Below, piece by piece: positions 19,101 through 31,326 of a DNA stretch of 64,000 nucleotides. The first letter of the stretch is position 1; the number at the start of each line of letters is the position of its first letter. The notes under the pieces were generated by a model. That model saw nothing but the letters and a program-made list of their open reading frames with translations. It was not told the origin of the DNA and did not search any database. Origin of the DNA: a bacterium (GTDB lineage Bacteria; Hinthialibacterota; Hinthialibacteria; Hinthialibacterales; Hinthialibacteraceae); NCBI GenBank assembly GCA_963662285.2, contig CAXXMV010000002.1, forward strand, positions 1,056,001 through 1,120,000, read 5' to 3'. Both the position numbers and the translations under genes were made by a program.

Positions 19101-21109
19101 TAGGTCGTCCCATACTCCTCCGTTCGAAGATTTCTTGCCCTGATCTGAAGACAAAGAGCGAACCTGTTGTCAAGTATGACCAATTGGATATTGTTGATAA
19201 TGGAAAAAGAATAACAGTCGTCAAAGAAGGCGGTTCGATTATTCTTACTAATACCCGGGGTAAAGAATTAATTCGTTTCTACAATATTCCCACTGGCGCT
19301 GTTTTGCATGTAAAAGATGGTGAACGGGTTCAAATTGATGATTTGATCGGCGAATGGGATCCGACCAGATCGTCGCTTATTTCACAGCATGGCGGGAAAG
19401 TAACGCTTCGAAATATTGCTACCAGTGATATGGAGAAGATAGATGGGCATAGAGTCGTTCCTAGAGGTTTTACGAATGCGGAACTGGTTATCGTTGATGG
19501 TAAGGAGTCTGAAACATACACCTTGCAACCAGGGCATCACATTCTGGTTAAATCCGGAGACGCAGTTGAGATTGGAGATGAACTGGCTTTCCATCCAACT
19601 CCAACAGTTTCGGGTACGGAAGGAAAAGTTCGCTTCCATGATATTATAGATGGCGTCACTATTCGACGTATCCTGGATCCGGTTAATAATAACTTAAAAT
19701 CCATCATAACCGACTTCCGGGGCGACAAAATTCCTCGCATCTGTCTGGTTGATAGAAACGAAGAAACTATCGAAGAGTTTACTCTTCCGGCTGGTTCAGT
19801 CCTTAATGTAGAAGATGGCGCAGACGTTTTAAGCGGCATGACTCTGGCTCACACTGATCAGGTTGTTGATATGTTTAAGCAACTTGAGATCGGTATGTCG
19901 CTTGGCGCTATTCTTGAATTGGCTGATGGCGAAGAGGTCATACGTAAAGGAACTCAATTCTTCCGCACCAATGGTCAGAAAGAGTCTTGTTTGGTCATTG
20001 CCCGGTGGGATCCATATTTCAAGGCTGAAATTGCCATCACTGAAGGAAAATGTAAATTCGATCAGATCATTGAAGGCGTTACCATGCGGCATCAACATCC
20101 AGAGGGCGGTCAGGCTCAACAGATGGTCATCATGGAACACCGCGAGGATAAACACCCGACATTGGTTATTCAAAAACGCGGCAAACCCCCTGAATATCAT
20201 TCACTTCCGTCAGGCGCCCATATTGTCGTGGATGAGAATTCTGAAATTAAACCTGGGGATATTCTAGCCAAGATACCCCGTGAAACATTCAAATCCCGCG
20301 ATGTTACCGGTGGATTGCCCCGCGTTGAAGAACTCTTCGAAGCGCGACGTCCCAAACAGCGTGATCTGGCCATTATTACTAAAGTTGATGGTTGGGTTCG
20401 TCTTCCTATGCAGGATGAGATCACCGATGAGATGGAGAAAAAACTGGAGAAAAAGCGTAAACGTGGAACACGCTTGATTCTCATTACTGATAAAGATGGT
20501 GAACTGCTGACCGCACACGAAGTCGATACAGGTAAGCATGTTATCGTAAGTGATGGTGACTGGGTTTCGACTGGCGATAAACTAGTCGATGGTTCTATCG
20601 ATCCACATGAATATCTTGAAGTTATGGGCGAACGAATCACGCAGCAATATCTACTCAATGAAATTCAGGAAGTTTATCGTCTACAGGGCGTTGGCATCAA
20701 CGACAAGCATATCGAGATTATTATTCGACAAATGATGCGTAAAGTTACCATCACGGATTCAGGAGATACCAAATTCCTACAGGATGATGACATTGATCGA
20801 TTCATAGTTATGCGTGAAAATGACCGTGTTCTTGTTCAGGGTGGTAAACCCGCGCAGTTCAAACCTAAACTGTTCGGCATCACTAAGGCATCGCTGGGAA
20901 CTGAATCATTCATATCGGCCGCTTCTTTCCAGGAAACTACCCGTGTTCTTACTGCGGCGGCCATCAGCGGGAAAACTGACCACCTGCTCGGATTAAAAGA
21001 GAATGTCATTATGGGACACCTGATTCCTGCTGGAACCGGATGGGATAGTCATAAAATTTATTACGAAAAATTGCTGGAACGCGATACCGAGGAAATTACT
21101 TTCGCCTGA
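16166..21109 (+). CDS. rpoC: RNA polymerase beta' subunit with large trigger-loop insertion
   Basis: Zn-finger [37 protein letters not shown]; 1647 aa. Confidence 0.99.
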   Translation: MWKSLQTPAAKRREDEIRDINRVRAIRVSIASPDQIRGWSYGEVKNPETIDYKTYKPKNDGLFCERIFGPTRDYECACGKFKGIKHRGVVCDRCGVEVTQSKVRRSRMGNINLEMPVAHIWFSKGVPSLMALLLDLSVKALERVLYYEEYIVLDPGSTELAYMDIISEREYARLREEYGSEFRVGMGAESVREILVELDLASLAEELRISIRDGKSKQRVKRNVKRLKVVEDFRHSDNKHEWMIMEVLPVIPPDLRPLVPLDGGRFATSDLNDLYRRVINRNNRLRRLKEVRAPEVIIRNEKRMLQEAVDALLDNGRRGRPVKGSNNRPLKSLSDMLKGKQGRFRQNLLGKRVDYSGRSVIVCGPQLKFNECGLPKQMALELFEPFIIRRLEELDEVTTIRSAKRKIERHDPEVFDVLEEVIKDHPVLLNRAPTLHRMGIQAFQPKLVEGKAIRLHPLTCSAFNADFDGDQMAVHVPLSAEAQAECKKSMLAINNILGPADGRPVATPSQDIVLGCYYLTKIRKPINGNTPRRFSDEREAIIAYDNKVIDLLEEVEVRIDGTRMRTTVGRIIFNDVLPHQLRFVNKTTDKKTLSQLVSSCFNEYGRDRTARFLDDIKDMGYLYAKLGGISIGLDDMIVPSNKQALLDDARGDVEAIIQQFEKGAITDIERYNKVIDRWIHTTEDVAESMMQDLEKDNFGFNPIFIMADSGARGSKQQIRQLAGMRGLMSKPMKKLTGGIGEIIESPIESNFKEGLTVLEYFISTHGARKGLADTALKTAEAGYLTRRLVDVAQDVIITEADCGTLSGIEVRSIKEGDQIIESLQDRVIGRVAAEDVLNPLTNKPIVERGEVIDEDASVLIGKCGLERVFIRSVVACESPRGACAKCYGWDLSRRENIPIGDAVGVIAAQSIGEPGTQLTLRTFHIGGTTSRIIEESEIRLRRNDDGMAGLKDGESGIIKYINLRMVTNRHEEQIAVNSLGRPILLRSKISCPDLKTKSEPVVKYDQLDIVDNGKRITVVKEGGSIILTNTRGKELIRFYNIPTGAVLHVKDGERVQIDDLIGEWDPTRSSLISQHGGKVTLRNIATSDMEKIDGHRVVPRGFTNAELVIVDGKESETYTLQPGHHILVKSGDAVEIGDELAFHPTPTVSGTEGKVRFHDIIDGVTIRRILDPVNNNLKSIITDFRGDKIPRICLVDRNEETIEEFTLPAGSVLNVEDGADVLSGMTLAHTDQVVDMFKQLEIGMSLGAILELADGEEVIRKGTQFFRTNGQKESCLVIARWDPYFKAEIAITEGKCKFDQIIEGVTMRHQHPEGGQAQQMVIMEHREDKHPTLVIQKRGKPPEYHSLPSGAHIVVDENSEIKPGDILAKIPRETFKSRDVTGGLPRVEELFEARRPKQRDLAIITKVDGWVRLPMQDEITDEMEKKLEKKRKRGTRLILITDKDGELLTAHEVDTGKHVIVSDGDWVSTGDKLVDGSIDPHEYLEVMGERITQQYLLNEIQEVYRLQGVGINDKHIEIIIRQMMRKVTITDSGDTKFLQDDDIDRFIVMRENDRVLVQGGKPAQFKPKLFGITKASLGTESFISAASFQETTRVLTAAAISGKTDHLLGLKENVIMGHLIPAGTGWDSHKIYYEKLLERDTEEITFA

Positions 21110-21193
21110 TCTTGGAGAGAGCCGGTGCTGTATCTCTGAACAAGTGAATTGTATTGAATTATTCTAGTAAAATTGGTATTTACAGAACCAAAA

Positions 21194-21240
21194 TCATAAG
21201 CCGATTGCTTCATGAGGCTTGACGAAAAATCGGCTTATGA
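21194..21240. terminator. Hairpin between rpoC and rpsL
   Basis: Perfect 13-bp IR TCATAAGCCGATT / AATCGGCTTATGA; no clear U-tract. Confidence 0.45.
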
Positions 21241-21396
21241 CTAACCTGTAAACTTTGCAAGTGCTCAATAGGGGCTAGTATAAGCCTCCTTATAGAGGGA
21301 TGCCTTGCTTTAAGTCGGGGGCATCCTAATTTATGCAAATAATTTGGGTTGAAACCAACCCGTGAATAACGCCCTGAAAAGGATTGAAGGCTGACA

Positions 21397-21771
21397 ATGC
21401 CAACAATAAACCAACTTATTAAAAATGGCCGAAAACGAAAATCCAAAAAGAGTAAAGCTCCCGCTATGCAGGGATGTCCCCAGCGTCGGGGCGTTTGTAC
21501 TCGCGTTTGGACTATGAGCCCTAAAAAGCCTAACTCGGCGCTTCGCAAAGTGGCTCGCGTACGCTTGACCAATGGAATAGAAGTCAATGCGTATATCCCG
21601 GGAGAGGGGCATAATCTTCAGGAACACTCCATTGTTCTGATTCGTGGTGGAAAAGTGAAGGATCTTTCCAGTGTCCGTTATCACGTTGTACGCGGAGTCT
21701 TGGAATCAATGGGTGTGGAAAAGCGTCGTAGAGGACGCTCGAAATACGGAACTAAAAGACCTAAGGACTAA
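21397..21771 (+). CDS. rpsL: 30S ribosomal protein S12
   Basis: [22 protein letters not shown]. Confidence 0.99.
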   Translation: MPTINQLIKNGRKRKSKKSKAPAMQGCPQRRGVCTRVWTMSPKKPNSALRKVARVRLTNGIEVNAYIPGEGHNLQEHSIVLIRGGKVKDLSSVRYHVVRGVLESMGVEKRRRGRSKYGTKRPKD

Positions 21772-21814
21772 ACGAACATTGTTCGTATTTTACTCCTTGT
21801 GGAGAAGATAAAAA

Positions 21815-22285
21815 ATGGCACGCAAGAATCGCGCGGAGCAACGAAAAGTTCTTCCCGATCCAGTTTACAATAGTATCCTGGTGACCAAGTTCATCAACAA
21901 CCTTATGTGGAAAGGTAAAAAATCCACAGCAGAAAAGATTTTTTACGGCGCTTTAGACGAGATCCAGAAGAAAACCAAGCAGGAACCCATGGATCTCTTC
22001 AAATCTGCTGTCGAAAATACGAAGCCTGCCCTCGAAGTTCGTTCACGCCGTGTAGGCGGCGCTACGTATCAGGTTCCCGTAGAAGTTCGACCGGAGCGTC
22101 GTCAGACTTTGGCGATTCGCTGGTTAGTCGGTTCCTCCCGTTCACGTAATGAACGTAACATGATGAGCAAATTAGCTAATGAACTTATTGATGCCGCCAA
22201 TAATCAGGGCACTGCAATAAAGAAGAAACAGGATACCCATCGGATGGCTGAGGCCAACAAAGCCTTTGCTCATTATCGCTGGTAG
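21815..22285 (+). CDS. rpsG: 30S ribosomal protein S7
   Basis: [24 protein letters not shown]. Confidence 0.99.
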   Translation: MARKNRAEQRKVLPDPVYNSILVTKFINNLMWKGKKSTAEKIFYGALDEIQKKTKQEPMDLFKSAVENTKPALEVRSRRVGGATYQVPVEVRPERRQTLAIRWLVGSSRSRNERNMMSKLANELIDAANNQGTAIKKKQDTHRMAEANKAFAHYRW

Positions 22286-22367
22286 TATTGGTTTTTTAGA
22301 AATCGGCGTTGTCTAAAGGGAGAGATGCAGCTCTCTCAATGTGGAGTATGCTGCAATTCATTGAGAG

Positions 22368-24473
22368 ATGGTAATTGTGAGTACCAAAAAGACCGCTTTG
22401 TCTTTCGTGCGAAATATCGGTATTGCTGCACATATCGATGCAGGAAAGACTACAGTTACTGAGCGGATCCTCTATTACACAGGCCGTACTCACAAAATTG
22501 GCGAGGTCCATGACGGCGCAGCCGAAATGGATTGGATGGAGCAGGAAAAAGAGCGAGGCATCACCATTACCTCCGCTGCTACATCTTGCCAATGGCATGA
22601 CTATCAGATCAATATCATTGATACTCCCGGTCATGTTGATTTCACCATGGAAGTTGAACGCTCTCTGCGCGTGCTGGACGGATGCATATCTGTCTTCTGC
22701 GCAGTCGGAGGCGTAGAGCCGCAATCAGAAACAGTCTGGCATCAGGCTGATCGTTACCATGTCCCACGGATAATCTTTATAAATAAGATGGATCGCATAG
22801 GGGCTGATTTTGATGCGGTCGTTGCTCAGGTTAGAAAGCGCCTGGGCGGAAATCCTCTTCCGATTCAACTGCCTATTGGCGCTGAGAATTCCTTCCAGGG
22901 AGTTATTGACCTGGTCGAAATGAAAGCCAGAATCTGGCATGAAGAATCTGGTGATTTCGGAGTAGTATTTGATGATGTGGATATTCCTGAGTCTTTGCAG
23001 GAAAGCGCCAACACTGCCAGGGAATATCTACTCGAAACTCTTTCAGACTACGATGATGTTATTCTGAACAAATTTCTTGAAGGCTCATTAATTGAACCAG
23101 AAGAGATTAAACAAGCCATTCGCAAAGCAACTATTAATTCCGGGATTACTCCGGTTCTATGTGGCGCGGCTTTAAAAAATAAGGGTATTCAACAGCTTAT
23201 TGATGCTGTTACAGAAATATTACCCTCACCAATAGATGTTCCTCCTGTGATTGGCGTACATCCGAAGAGCGGCGAAGAAATTCTTCGTGAAGCAACCAAT
23301 GATCAACCTTTTACTGCTCTTGCGTTCAAGGTGATGTCCGATCCACACGGTAAATTAATTTTTATCCGGGTTTATTCGGGAACCATTAAAACAGGTGACG
23401 TTATTCTCAACGCTGCCAAGAATAAGAAAGAAAAGGTTAGTCGCATTCTTCGAATGCATGCCAATAAACGGGAAGAAATAAAAAAAGCAGAAACTGGCGA
23501 TATTGTTTGCTTGTTGGGCTTGAATCAAACAACAACTGGAGATACTCTGTCTTCTCAGGGCAATGCGATTCTCTTAGAAACGCTTACCTTTCCCGATCCA
23601 GTCATCTCTGTGGCCATTGAGCCTAAGACAGTTGCCGAACAGGATCGCTTGAATTATTCCCTGGACCGGATCGCTGACGAAGATCCCACATTCTGTATCA
23701 AAGTGGATAAAGAAACCGGTCAAACGATTATTTCAGGTATGGGTGAATTACACCTGGAAATTATCGTTGATAGAATTATGCGAGAATATGGGGTTAAAGC
23801 CAACGTCGGCAAACCTCAAGTGGCTTATCGGGAAACCATCACAGCCACTGCCGGATTCGAAGAAAAATACATGCGGCAATTGGGCGGAAAAGATCATTAC
23901 GCTCACGTTTTTCTCGAGGTCTATCCACGGGAGAGCGGCGCCGGCTTCGAATTCATTAACAAGTTAACCACCGATCAAATGCCGGTGATATACTTGAAGG
24001 CTATCGAGCAAAGCATAAAAGAAAATTTACTTGGCGGAATTTTGCTGGGTTATCAGTTAATAGATTTAGGGGTTCTTCTTAAAGCTGGGTCTTATAGTGA
24101 GGAGAACTCTTCAGAAATGGCTTTTACGAGCGCCGCATCAATTGCCTTTAGAAATGCGCTCGAAAATGCTTCTCCGGTTCTTCTCGAACCGGTTATGTCA
24201 ATAGAGATTTTATGCCCAGAAGAATTTATGGGTGACATATTAGGAAATCTGAATTCCAGACGAGGTCGCACTACTGGCCTGGAACAGCGAGGCGCCTTAC
24301 AGGTCATTCGCGGTCAGGTTCCACTCTCCGAGACATTCGGTTATGCAACGAGCCTGCGTTCTCTCTCGCAGGGGCGGGCCACGTCCACCATGCAGTTAGC
24401 ATGTTATGAGGAAGTGCCGAGAGCCATACAAAATCAACTCGTTGCGGGTATGGGTTTTTCAGTTGCCCGATAA
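22368..24473 (+). CDS. fusA: Elongation factor G (divergent domain IV)
   Basis: [34 protein letters not shown]; str operon position. Confidence 0.95.
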   Translation: MVIVSTKKTALSFVRNIGIAAHIDAGKTTVTERILYYTGRTHKIGEVHDGAAEMDWMEQEKERGITITSAATSCQWHDYQINIIDTPGHVDFTMEVERSLRVLDGCISVFCAVGGVEPQSETVWHQADRYHVPRIIFINKMDRIGADFDAVVAQVRKRLGGNPLPIQLPIGAENSFQGVIDLVEMKARIWHEESGDFGVVFDDVDIPESLQESANTAREYLLETLSDYDDVILNKFLEGSLIEPEEIKQAIRKATINSGITPVLCGAALKNKGIQQLIDAVTEILPSPIDVPPVIGVHPKSGEEILREATNDQPFTALAFKVMSDPHGKLIFIRVYSGTIKTGDVILNAAKNKKEKVSRILRMHANKREEIKKAETGDIVCLLGLNQTTTGDTLSSQGNAILLETLTFPDPVISVAIEPKTVAEQDRLNYSLDRIADEDPTFCIKVDKETGQTIISGMGELHLEIIVDRIMREYGVKANVGKPQVAYRETITATAGFEEKYMRQLGGKDHYAHVFLEVYPRESGAGFEFINKLTTDQMPVIYLKAIEQSIKENLLGGILLGYQLIDLGVLLKAGSYSEENSSEMAFTSAASIAFRNALENASPVLLEPVMSIEILCPEEFMGDILGNLNSRRGRTTGLEQRGALQVIRGQVPLSETFGYATSLRSLSQGRATSTMQLACYEEVPRAIQNQLVAGMGFSVAR

Positions 24474-24655
24474 TAAACTGTCAAGAATTAGAATTTTGAA
24501 AAATTAACGCATAAAAAAACGCTCTATAGAAGAATCCTTTCTTCTTATGTTTAGCGATCTTTTACGTATGCGTGAAATGCAAATAGATAAATTAATATTA
24601 CGATATTACTTAATCCCCGTATGCTCGCGGTAGAGAGTGGAGGAATAAGGGTAAA

Positions 24656-25849
24656 ATGGCCAAAGGTAAATTTGAACGGACAAAACCCCACGTGAACGTG
24701 GGAACGATCGGACACGTGGATCACGGGAAGACAACGTTGACGGCGGCGATCACCATGGTGCAGGCGGCGAAAGGCCTAGGCGAAATCCGGTCATTCGACA
24801 GCATCGATAACGCCCCGGAAGAGCGTGAACGCGGTATCACGATCGCAACGGCGCATGTTGAATATGAGTCAGTTGCACGTCACTATGCGCATGTTGACTG
24901 CCCGGGTCACGCGGACTACGTAAAAAACATGATTACAGGCGCGGCGCAAATGGACGGAGCAGTGCTGGTTGTATCAGCCGCAGACGGTCCCATGCCGCAA
25001 ACCAGAGAGCACATTCTACTGGCCCGTCAGGTAGGCGTTCCATACATTGTCGTGTTTATGAACAAAGTAGACATGGTTGATGATGCAGAACTGCTGGAAC
25101 TGGTCGAGTTGGAAGTTCGCGAATTACTGTCGCAGTACGATTACCCCGGCGATGACATTCCCGTTATAATGGGTTCAGCCTTGCGGGCGGGAGAGAATAT
25201 AGACGATGAAGAATCGACCAAATGCATCACAGAATTAGTGGAAGCATTGGATACATATATTCCTGTACCGGAACGTGATGTAGACAAGCCCTTCCTGATG
25301 GCGGTTGAAGACGTCTTCAGCATCACGGGTCGTGGTACGGTTGCGACCGGTCGTATTGAGCGCGGTAAAGTTACCGTTGGCGACAAAGTTCAGATCGTGG
25401 GTCTGAAAGAAGCGCCGATTGATACAGTTTGCACAGGCGTTGAAATGTTCCGAAAATCATTGGATCAAGGTCTGGCGGGCGACAATGTAGGCTTGCTGCT
25501 GCGCGGCATCGGTCGTGATGGCATAGAGCGCGGACAGGTTGTAGCAGCGCCCAAGTCAATTAATCCACACACCAAATTCAAAGCGAATGTATACGTTCTG
25601 ACCAAAGAAGAAGGTGGTCGTCATACGCCATTCTTTAATGGATACCGTCCGCAGTTTTATTTCCGGACAACGGATGTTACCGGTTCGGTGAAGTTGCCGG
25701 AAGGAACCGAGATGGTAATGCCGGGCGATAACGTGGTTATGGAAGGTGAATTGCATCAACCAATAGCCATGGAACAGGAATTACGCTTCGCTATTCGCGA
25801 AGGCGGTCGGACGGTTGGCGCTGGCGTCATCGCCGAGATTATTGAATAA
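24656..25849 (+). CDS. tuf: Elongation factor Tu
   Basis: [34 protein letters not shown]. Confidence 0.99.
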   Translation: MAKGKFERTKPHVNVGTIGHVDHGKTTLTAAITMVQAAKGLGEIRSFDSIDNAPEERERGITIATAHVEYESVARHYAHVDCPGHADYVKNMITGAAQMDGAVLVVSAADGPMPQTREHILLARQVGVPYIVVFMNKVDMVDDAELLELVELEVRELLSQYDYPGDDIPVIMGSALRAGENIDDEESTKCITELVEALDTYIPVPERDVDKPFLMAVEDVFSITGRGTVATGRIERGKVTVGDKVQIVGLKEAPIDTVCTGVEMFRKSLDQGLAGDNVGLLLRGIGRDGIERGQVVAAPKSINPHTKFKANVYVLTKEEGGRHTPFFNGYRPQFYFRTTDVTGSVKLPEGTEMVMPGDNVVMEGELHQPIAMEQELRFAIREGGRTVGAGVIAEIIE

Positions 25850-25889
25850 AGAAATGCGCAGGTCAGTACACCTGCCCCGAAGGTAGATT

Positions 25890-26204
25890 ATGGCTGAATA
25901 TCCAAATAAAATTCGCATACGGTTAAAAGCGTATGATCATCGGTTACTGGATCAATCAACTGCGCAGATTGTCGATACAGCCAAGAGAACTGGTGCGAAA
26001 ATCATTGGGCCGATTCCCTTACCGACTCGGATATCGAAATATACAGTTTTGCGGTCTCCGCATGTAGATAAAAAGTCGCGAGAGCAGTTTGAAATTCGGG
26101 CGCACAAGAGGCTGGTTGATATTCTCGATTGGACCCCGAAAACTATGGACGCCCTTACGCAATTAGAATTACCAGCGGGCGTACACGTGGAAATCAAGCT
26201 CTAG
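25890..26204 (+). CDS. rpsJ: 30S ribosomal protein S10
   Basis: [24 protein letters not shown]. Confidence 0.99.
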   Translation: MAEYPNKIRIRLKAYDHRLLDQSTAQIVDTAKRTGAKIIGPIPLPTRISKYTVLRSPHVDKKSREQFEIRAHKRLVDILDWTPKTMDALTQLELPAGVHVEIKL

Positions 26205-26222
26205 GATCACGGGTAAAGGCAA

Positions 26223-26864
26223 ATGATTAAGGCAATCTTAGGACGAAAACTGCGTATGACGCAGATGTTTAGAGAGGATGGTCGACGAGTTCCCCTAACT
26301 GCTGTAGCAGTAGGACCTTGTCCGATAGTCCAGATAAAGACTGAGGATAAAGACGGTTACAAAGCCCTGCAAGTCGGCTTTGATTCTATCAAAGAGAAAT
26401 CGTCTAATAAGCCCATGATTGGTCATTTCAAAAAGGGCAAAACTACTCCTCACAGGATGTTGCGCGAAATTCGCGTCGATTCCACTGATGAATACAGCAT
26501 CGGTGATTTCCTTGAAATATCCGCTTTTGAAGAAGGTGATATCATTGATGTCATTGGCACCGCCAAAGGCTGTGGATTCCAGGGCGGCGTTAAACGTTAT
26601 CACTGGAAGGGCGGTCGTAAAACTCATGGTTCTATGTTCCATAGAAGAATTGGAGCGGTTAGTTCTGGAACCAATCAGGGTCGAGTTTTCAAAGGCAAGA
26701 CTCTTCCTGGTCACATGGGCAATAATCGGGTAACTTTGCAGAATATAAAAATCGAGAAAATAGATAACGAAAATAAAATTATCTATATTCAAGGCGGCAT
26801 ACCCGGACCGAACGGCGGTGTGGTTTTCCTTAAAGGAACCACAAAAACATTTAAAAAGAAATAA
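26223..26864 (+). CDS. rplC: 50S ribosomal protein L3
   Basis: GRKLRMTQ, KGCGFQGGVKR, PGHMG. Confidence 0.98.
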   Translation: MIKAILGRKLRMTQMFREDGRRVPLTAVAVGPCPIVQIKTEDKDGYKALQVGFDSIKEKSSNKPMIGHFKKGKTTPHRMLREIRVDSTDEYSIGDFLEISAFEEGDIIDVIGTAKGCGFQGGVKRYHWKGGRKTHGSMFHRRIGAVSSGTNQGRVFKGKTLPGHMGNNRVTLQNIKIEKIDNENKIIYIQGGIPGPNGGVVFLKGTTKTFKKK

Positions 26865-26878
26865 ACGGCAGAACTATC

Positions 26879-27529
26879 ATGGTTTCATTTGATATCTATG
26901 ACTTTGAAAAACAAGTGACCGGTAACATCGAGTTGAGTGATTCGGTATTCTCTACGTCAATCAACGAGATTTTTCTGCACCAGGTGATGGTCAGTTACCA
27001 GGCAAACAAACGCCAAGGTACCTCCAGCGCTAAAAACAGAAATCAAGTATCTGGTACAAGAACAAAACCTTTTCGTCAGAAGGGTACAGGCCGGGCGCGG
27101 CAAGGCTTTATTCGTGCTCCACAATATCGTGGAGGCGCGGCGCAATTTGGACCTGTTCCACGGTCTTTCCGCAAAGATATTCCGAAAAAGATGAAGCAGG
27201 AAGCTTTTCGCCAATGCCTGTCGATGAAGGCTGACAAAGGTCAATTCTTTATTCTTGAAAATTTGGAATTCAGCGAAGTTAAGACTAAAGTGGCAGCGGG
27301 TATCCTGAAAACCTTTGCCATGAACGGTAAAACTCTTTTTCTTGATGTTAAACCCGGGGACAATGTTCTTTTGTCAATGCGAAACATAGACAAAGCCAGC
27401 ATTCTTTCCATTAATTCTTGCTCGCCTTTGGATATTTTTGAGTCTGATACTATTTTCTTGACTCAGGGCGCCGCTGAAGCATTAGATAAGAGATATTTGA
27501 AGCCAGGAGGCGCGGGTCATGAAAAGTAA
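26879..27529 (+). CDS. rplD: 50S ribosomal protein L4
   Basis: RQGT, KPFRQKGTGRARQG. Confidence 0.98.
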   Translation: MVSFDIYDFEKQVTGNIELSDSVFSTSINEIFLHQVMVSYQANKRQGTSSAKNRNQVSGTRTKPFRQKGTGRARQGFIRAPQYRGGAAQFGPVPRSFRKDIPKKMKQEAFRQCLSMKADKGQFFILENLEFSEVKTKVAAGILKTFAMNGKTLFLDVKPGDNVLLSMRNIDKASILSINSCSPLDIFESDTIFLTQGAAEALDKRYLKPGGAGHEK

Positions 27530-27806
27530 TTATGATATCATCCGTGAAGCGATCTTCACTGAACGCACAACGGCCCTTGCCGAAGGAAACGGCGTTTATA
27601 CTTTCCGTGTTCCTCGAGAGGCTAATAAAATAGAGATCAAAAGGGCTGTTGAAGCAGCATTTAGCGTTGAAGTCGAGAATGTAAGAACCATAAATGTTAA
27701 ACCCAAGAAAAAACTCGACCGATACCGTGGAATAGTCGGAAGATCCCGGCACTATAAGAAAGCCATGGTAAAGCTGGTAAAAGGTCATTCAATCGAGTTT
27801 GTTTAA
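27519..27806 (+). CDS. rplW: 50S ribosomal protein L23
   Basis: ANKIEIKRAVE, YKKAMVKL. Confidence 0.97.
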   Translation: MKSNYDIIREAIFTERTTALAEGNGVYTFRVPREANKIEIKRAVEAAFSVEVENVRTINVKPKKKLDRYRGIVGRSRHYKKAMVKLVKGHSIEFV

Positions 27807-27833
27807 GACCGTGGACTGATGGAGTAGAGAATC

Positions 27834-28667
27834 GTGGCAATTAAAAAATACAATCCAACAACGCCGACTCGGCGATTCCAGACGGTCTCGGCGTTTGATG
27901 AGATCACCAAGTCAAAACCAGAAAAAAGTCTGCTAGAGCCGATAAAGAAAAATGCTGGTCGTAATGCTAACGGTCGAATCACCGTTCGGCATCGCGGTGG
28001 TGGTCATAAAAGGCGTTATCGTATAATTGATTTCAAACGCACCAAGGACGGGATTCCAGCTAGAGTTTCTGCAATTGAGTATGATCCTAACCGATCCGCT
28101 CGAATTGCTCTCCTGGTTTATGCCGACGGGGAAAAACGATATATCATCGCTCCAAATGGACTTAAGGTAGACTCGGAAGTTATGTCCGGCAAAGACGCGG
28201 CGCATAAAGTGGGTAACTGCCTTCCTCTTAGTGAAATTTTAGACGGTACTTTCATACACGCCGTTGAATTAAAAATAGGCAAAGGCGCGCAAATCGCCCG
28301 CTCGGCAGGTACAGTTGTGCAGGTAATGGGTCGGGAAGGCGATTACGCCCGAGTCAGAATGCCTTCAACAGAAATTCGTAAAATTAACTTGAAATGCCGA
28401 GCCACTATCGGGCAAACCTCCAATACCGATCATGAAAATATCGTAATTGGAAAAGCGGGACGTCAACGTCACATTGGTCGTAGACCTCATGTTCGTGGAA
28501 CTGCCATGAACCCCGTCGATCACCCGTTGGGCGGCGGTGAAGGTAAAGCGGCTGGCGGTCGTCATCCGTGCACCCCCTGGGGCGTAATAACCAAAGGTTA
28601 TAAAACGCGCCGCAATAAACGCACCAGCAGCATGATTGTGGAACGACGTCGTAACAAAAGGCGTTAA
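27834..28667 (+). CDS. rplB: 50S ribosomal protein L2
   Basis: [31 protein letters not shown]. Confidence 0.99.
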   Translation: MAIKKYNPTTPTRRFQTVSAFDEITKSKPEKSLLEPIKKNAGRNANGRITVRHRGGGHKRRYRIIDFKRTKDGIPARVSAIEYDPNRSARIALLVYADGEKRYIIAPNGLKVDSEVMSGKDAAHKVGNCLPLSEILDGTFIHAVELKIGKGAQIARSAGTVVQVMGREGDYARVRMPSTEIRKINLKCRATIGQTSNTDHENIVIGKAGRQRHIGRRPHVRGTAMNPVDHPLGGGEGKAAGGRHPCTPWGVITKGYKTRRNKRTSSMIVERRRNKRR

Positions 28668-28709
28668 TATTTAAAGGGCATTTAGATTCAAAAAAGAAGG
28701 TAACAGATT

Positions 28710-28994
28710 ATGGGACGATCGCTGAAAAAAGGACCTTACCTGGATGATAGGTTAGTAAAGCGCATCCTGCTAATGAACGAAAAGAATGAAAAAAGGGTCA
28801 TCCGAACCTGGTCAAGGTCATGTACTATTATACCTGAAATGGTTGGTCACACTGTTGCCGTTCACAACGGAAGAAAGTTTGTTCCTGTTTTCATGACCGA
28901 GAATATGGTTGGTCATAAAATGGGTGAATTTTCACCGACCCGAACTTTCAAGACACACGGTGGAAAGACTGCGCGCGTCATGCGCCTGAAATAG
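28710..28994 (+). CDS. rpsS: 30S ribosomal protein S19
   Basis: [22 protein letters not shown]. Confidence 0.99.
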   Translation: MGRSLKKGPYLDDRLVKRILLMNEKNEKRVIRTWSRSCTIIPEMVGHTVAVHNGRKFVPVFMTENMVGHKMGEFSPTRTFKTHGGKTARVMRLK

Positions 28995-29006
28995 GAGATA
29001 TATATC

Positions 29007-29351
29007 ATGGCGATGCATGCAACTTTGAAATCCTGCCATATGTCTGCGCGAAAGATTCGACTGGTGGCTGACGCCATTAGAGGCAAATCTTATGAAGATG
29101 CGATCAATACGTTAATGTTTACTCCAAAACGTAAGGCGGCTGAACTTCTTCTTAAATTGTTAAAATCAGCCGCAGCCAATGTGGAAGAAACAACTGAATT
29201 CGATCCCGATGAACTTATCGTAAGACGAGTCTTTGTTAATGGAGCTAAAATGATGAAAAGATTTAGACCAGCTCCCATGGGACGGGCGACGCGTATTCGA
29301 AAACGTTCAAGTCACATTACCGTTGAATTAGGATTACCGGTTAAGCGGTAA
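29007..29351 (+). CDS. rplV: 50S ribosomal protein L22
   Basis: SARKIRLVAD, SAAAN, KRSSHITV. Confidence 0.98.
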   Translation: MAMHATLKSCHMSARKIRLVADAIRGKSYEDAINTLMFTPKRKAAELLLKLLKSAAANVEETTEFDPDELIVRRVFVNGAKMMKRFRPAPMGRATRIRKRSSHITVELGLPVKR

Positions 29352-29380
29352 GAAAACTCTGATTAAAAAAGGAATAGATC

Positions 29381-30043
29381 GTGGGACAAAAAGTACATCC
29401 ATACGGATTCCGAGTTGGCATCTATAAAAATTGGAAATCCCGTTGGTATGCGGAAAAAGGCTATGCCAATCTTTTAAATGAAGACCTCCGCATACGCAAA
29501 GCGATAAAAAAACGGTTGTTTCACGCCGGTATAAGTGAAGTCGAAATCGAACGCTTCACCCAACGCTTGAGAATCAACATAATGGCTGCGCGTCCTGGCA
29601 TCATAATCGGACGCAAAGGCATTGAAGTTGAGCGTCTCAAAAAGCTTGTCAGCGCTTTGACGGATCTTCAGATTCATATAAATATACGCGAGATCAAACA
29701 ACCCGAGTTGGACGCTCAACTCCAGGCTGAAAGCGTAGCTCTTCAACTGCAACGGCGGGTTTCTTTCCGTCGCGCCATGAAAAGAGCTCAGCAGGCATCC
29801 ATGCAAGCTGGCGCCTTAGGCATCAAAATAATGGTCTCCGGACGTTTGGGCGGGGCGGAAATGTCTCGTACTGAATGGTACCGCGAAGGTCGCGTTCCTC
29901 TTCACACTTTAAGAGCCGATATCGACTATGGCTTCACTGAAGCTAAAACTACTTATGGACAGATTGGTGTAAAAGTCTGGATCTTTAAGGGTGAACTTAC
30001 TTCAATGTTCAGCGCTGAAGAGAAGCAGGAGGTTAAATCCTGA
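29381..30043 (+). CDS. rpsC: 30S ribosomal protein S3
   Basis: [24 protein letters not shown]. Confidence 0.99.
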   Translation: MGQKVHPYGFRVGIYKNWKSRWYAEKGYANLLNEDLRIRKAIKKRLFHAGISEVEIERFTQRLRINIMAARPGIIIGRKGIEVERLKKLVSALTDLQIHINIREIKQPELDAQLQAESVALQLQRRVSFRRAMKRAQQASMQAGALGIKIMVSGRLGGAEMSRTEWYREGRVPLHTLRADIDYGFTEAKTTYGQIGVKVWIFKGELTSMFSAEEKQEVKS

Positions 30044-30459
30044 TGTTGATGCCATCTCGCGAAAAACATCGTAAAGTACATCGCGGAAATAGACGTGGAA
30101 TTGCTTGTCGTGGAGTAAATGTCAGTTTCGGTGATTATGGATTAAAGGCCATGACTGGTGGTTGGGTTACAGCCCGGCAAATTGAAGCCGCTCGTATCGC
30201 CATTAATCGTCATATAAAACGTCGCGGCAAAGTATGGATTAGAATTTTTCCGCACAAACCTGTAACTGCGAAACCTGCCGAAACCCGTATGGGTGGTGGA
30301 AAAGGATCGCCCGAAAAACATGTCGCAGTCGTCAAACCTGGACATATTCTTTTCGAACTAGGTGGAGTCCAAGAAGATATTGCTCGCGAAGCCTTTCGAC
30401 TGGCGGGGCATAAATTGCCTTTGTCTGTTAGATTTACCTCTCGCGAGGAGACATTATAA
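30043..30459 (+). CDS. rplP: 50S ribosomal protein L16
   Basis: [21 protein letters not shown]. Confidence 0.99.
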   Translation: MLMPSREKHRKVHRGNRRGIACRGVNVSFGDYGLKAMTGGWVTARQIEAARIAINRHIKRRGKVWIRIFPHKPVTAKPAETRMGGGKGSPEKHVAVVKPGHILFELGGVQEDIAREAFRLAGHKLPLSVRFTSREETL

Positions 30460-30469
30460 GGAGAGGACT

Positions 30470-30676
30470 ATGAAAGCGGACGAATTTCGATCGCTGTCTG
30501 TCCCGGATTTGAAGGTGCGTATCGAGGAAATGAAGAAGAAACTCTTCAATTATCGTATGCAACTACATTCCAACCAGCTGAACAATACAAATAAAATTCG
30601 CGAAACCAGAAATGATATCGCACGCGCAATGACGGTGCGACATGAATTAGAATCTCAGACTGAGGAACAGTCATGA
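30470..30676 (+). CDS. rpmC: 50S ribosomal protein L29
   Basis: MKADEFR..LFNYRMQ..RNDIARAMT; start at ATG 30470 after GAGAGG. Confidence 0.95.
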   Translation: MKADEFRSLSVPDLKVRIEEMKKKLFNYRMQLHSNQLNNTNKIRETRNDIARAMTVRHELESQTEEQS

Positions 30677-30942
30677 CTGAAAAAACAAAGTCATTACGCA
30701 AAACCCGTGAAGGGGTAGTGGTCAGTACAGCCATGGAAAAAACCGTAGTAGTAAAGATTGAACGGTTATTTCGACATACCCAATACGGGAAGGTCATTCG
30801 CCGCAATAAAAAGGTGAAAGTCCACGACGAAAAGGGACAATGTATAGTCGGTGATGTCATTCGCATCGAGGAAACTCGTCCTATCAGCAAAGGCAAACAC
30901 TGGCGTTATGTCGAAACGATACGTAAAGCCGTGGTAGTTTAA
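30673..30942 (+). CDS. rpsQ: 30S ribosomal protein S17
   Basis: GVVVSTAMEKTVVV, ETRPISKGKHW. Confidence 0.98.
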   Translation: MTEKTKSLRKTREGVVVSTAMEKTVVVKIERLFRHTQYGKVIRRNKKVKVHDEKGQCIVGDVIRIEETRPISKGKHWRYVETIRKAVVV

Positions 30943-30957
30943 GGTAGGAGGTATATC

Positions 30958-31326
30958 GTGATACAGGAATCTACTCGATTAACTGTTGCGGATAACTCAG
31001 GAGCTCGTAAAATTACTTGCTTCAAAGTGCTTGGCGGATCTCGCAGACGTTATGCTAGGGTTGGCGACATCGTCGTTGCTAGCGTTAAAGAAGCTATTCC
31101 GGAATCCAATGTCAAAAAGGGTTCCGTTATTAAAGCAGTTATCGTAAGAACTAAAAAAGAAGTTCAGCGCAAAGATGGATCAACCATACGCTTTGATAAT
31201 AATGCTGCTGTCATTATCAATGATGCAGGCGACCCGGTCGGAACACGTATTTTTGGACCTGTTGCCCGTGAACTGCGCGATAAAAAATTCATGAAAATTG
31301 TTTCCTTGGCCCCGGAGGTTCTCTAA
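30958..31326 (+). CDS. rplN: 50S ribosomal protein L14
   Basis: [26 protein letters not shown]. Confidence 0.99.
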   Translation: MIQESTRLTVADNSGARKITCFKVLGGSRRRYARVGDIVVASVKEAIPESNVKKGSVIKAVIVRTKKEVQRKDGSTIRFDNNAAVIINDAGDPVGTRIFGPVARELRDKKFMKIVSLAPEVL

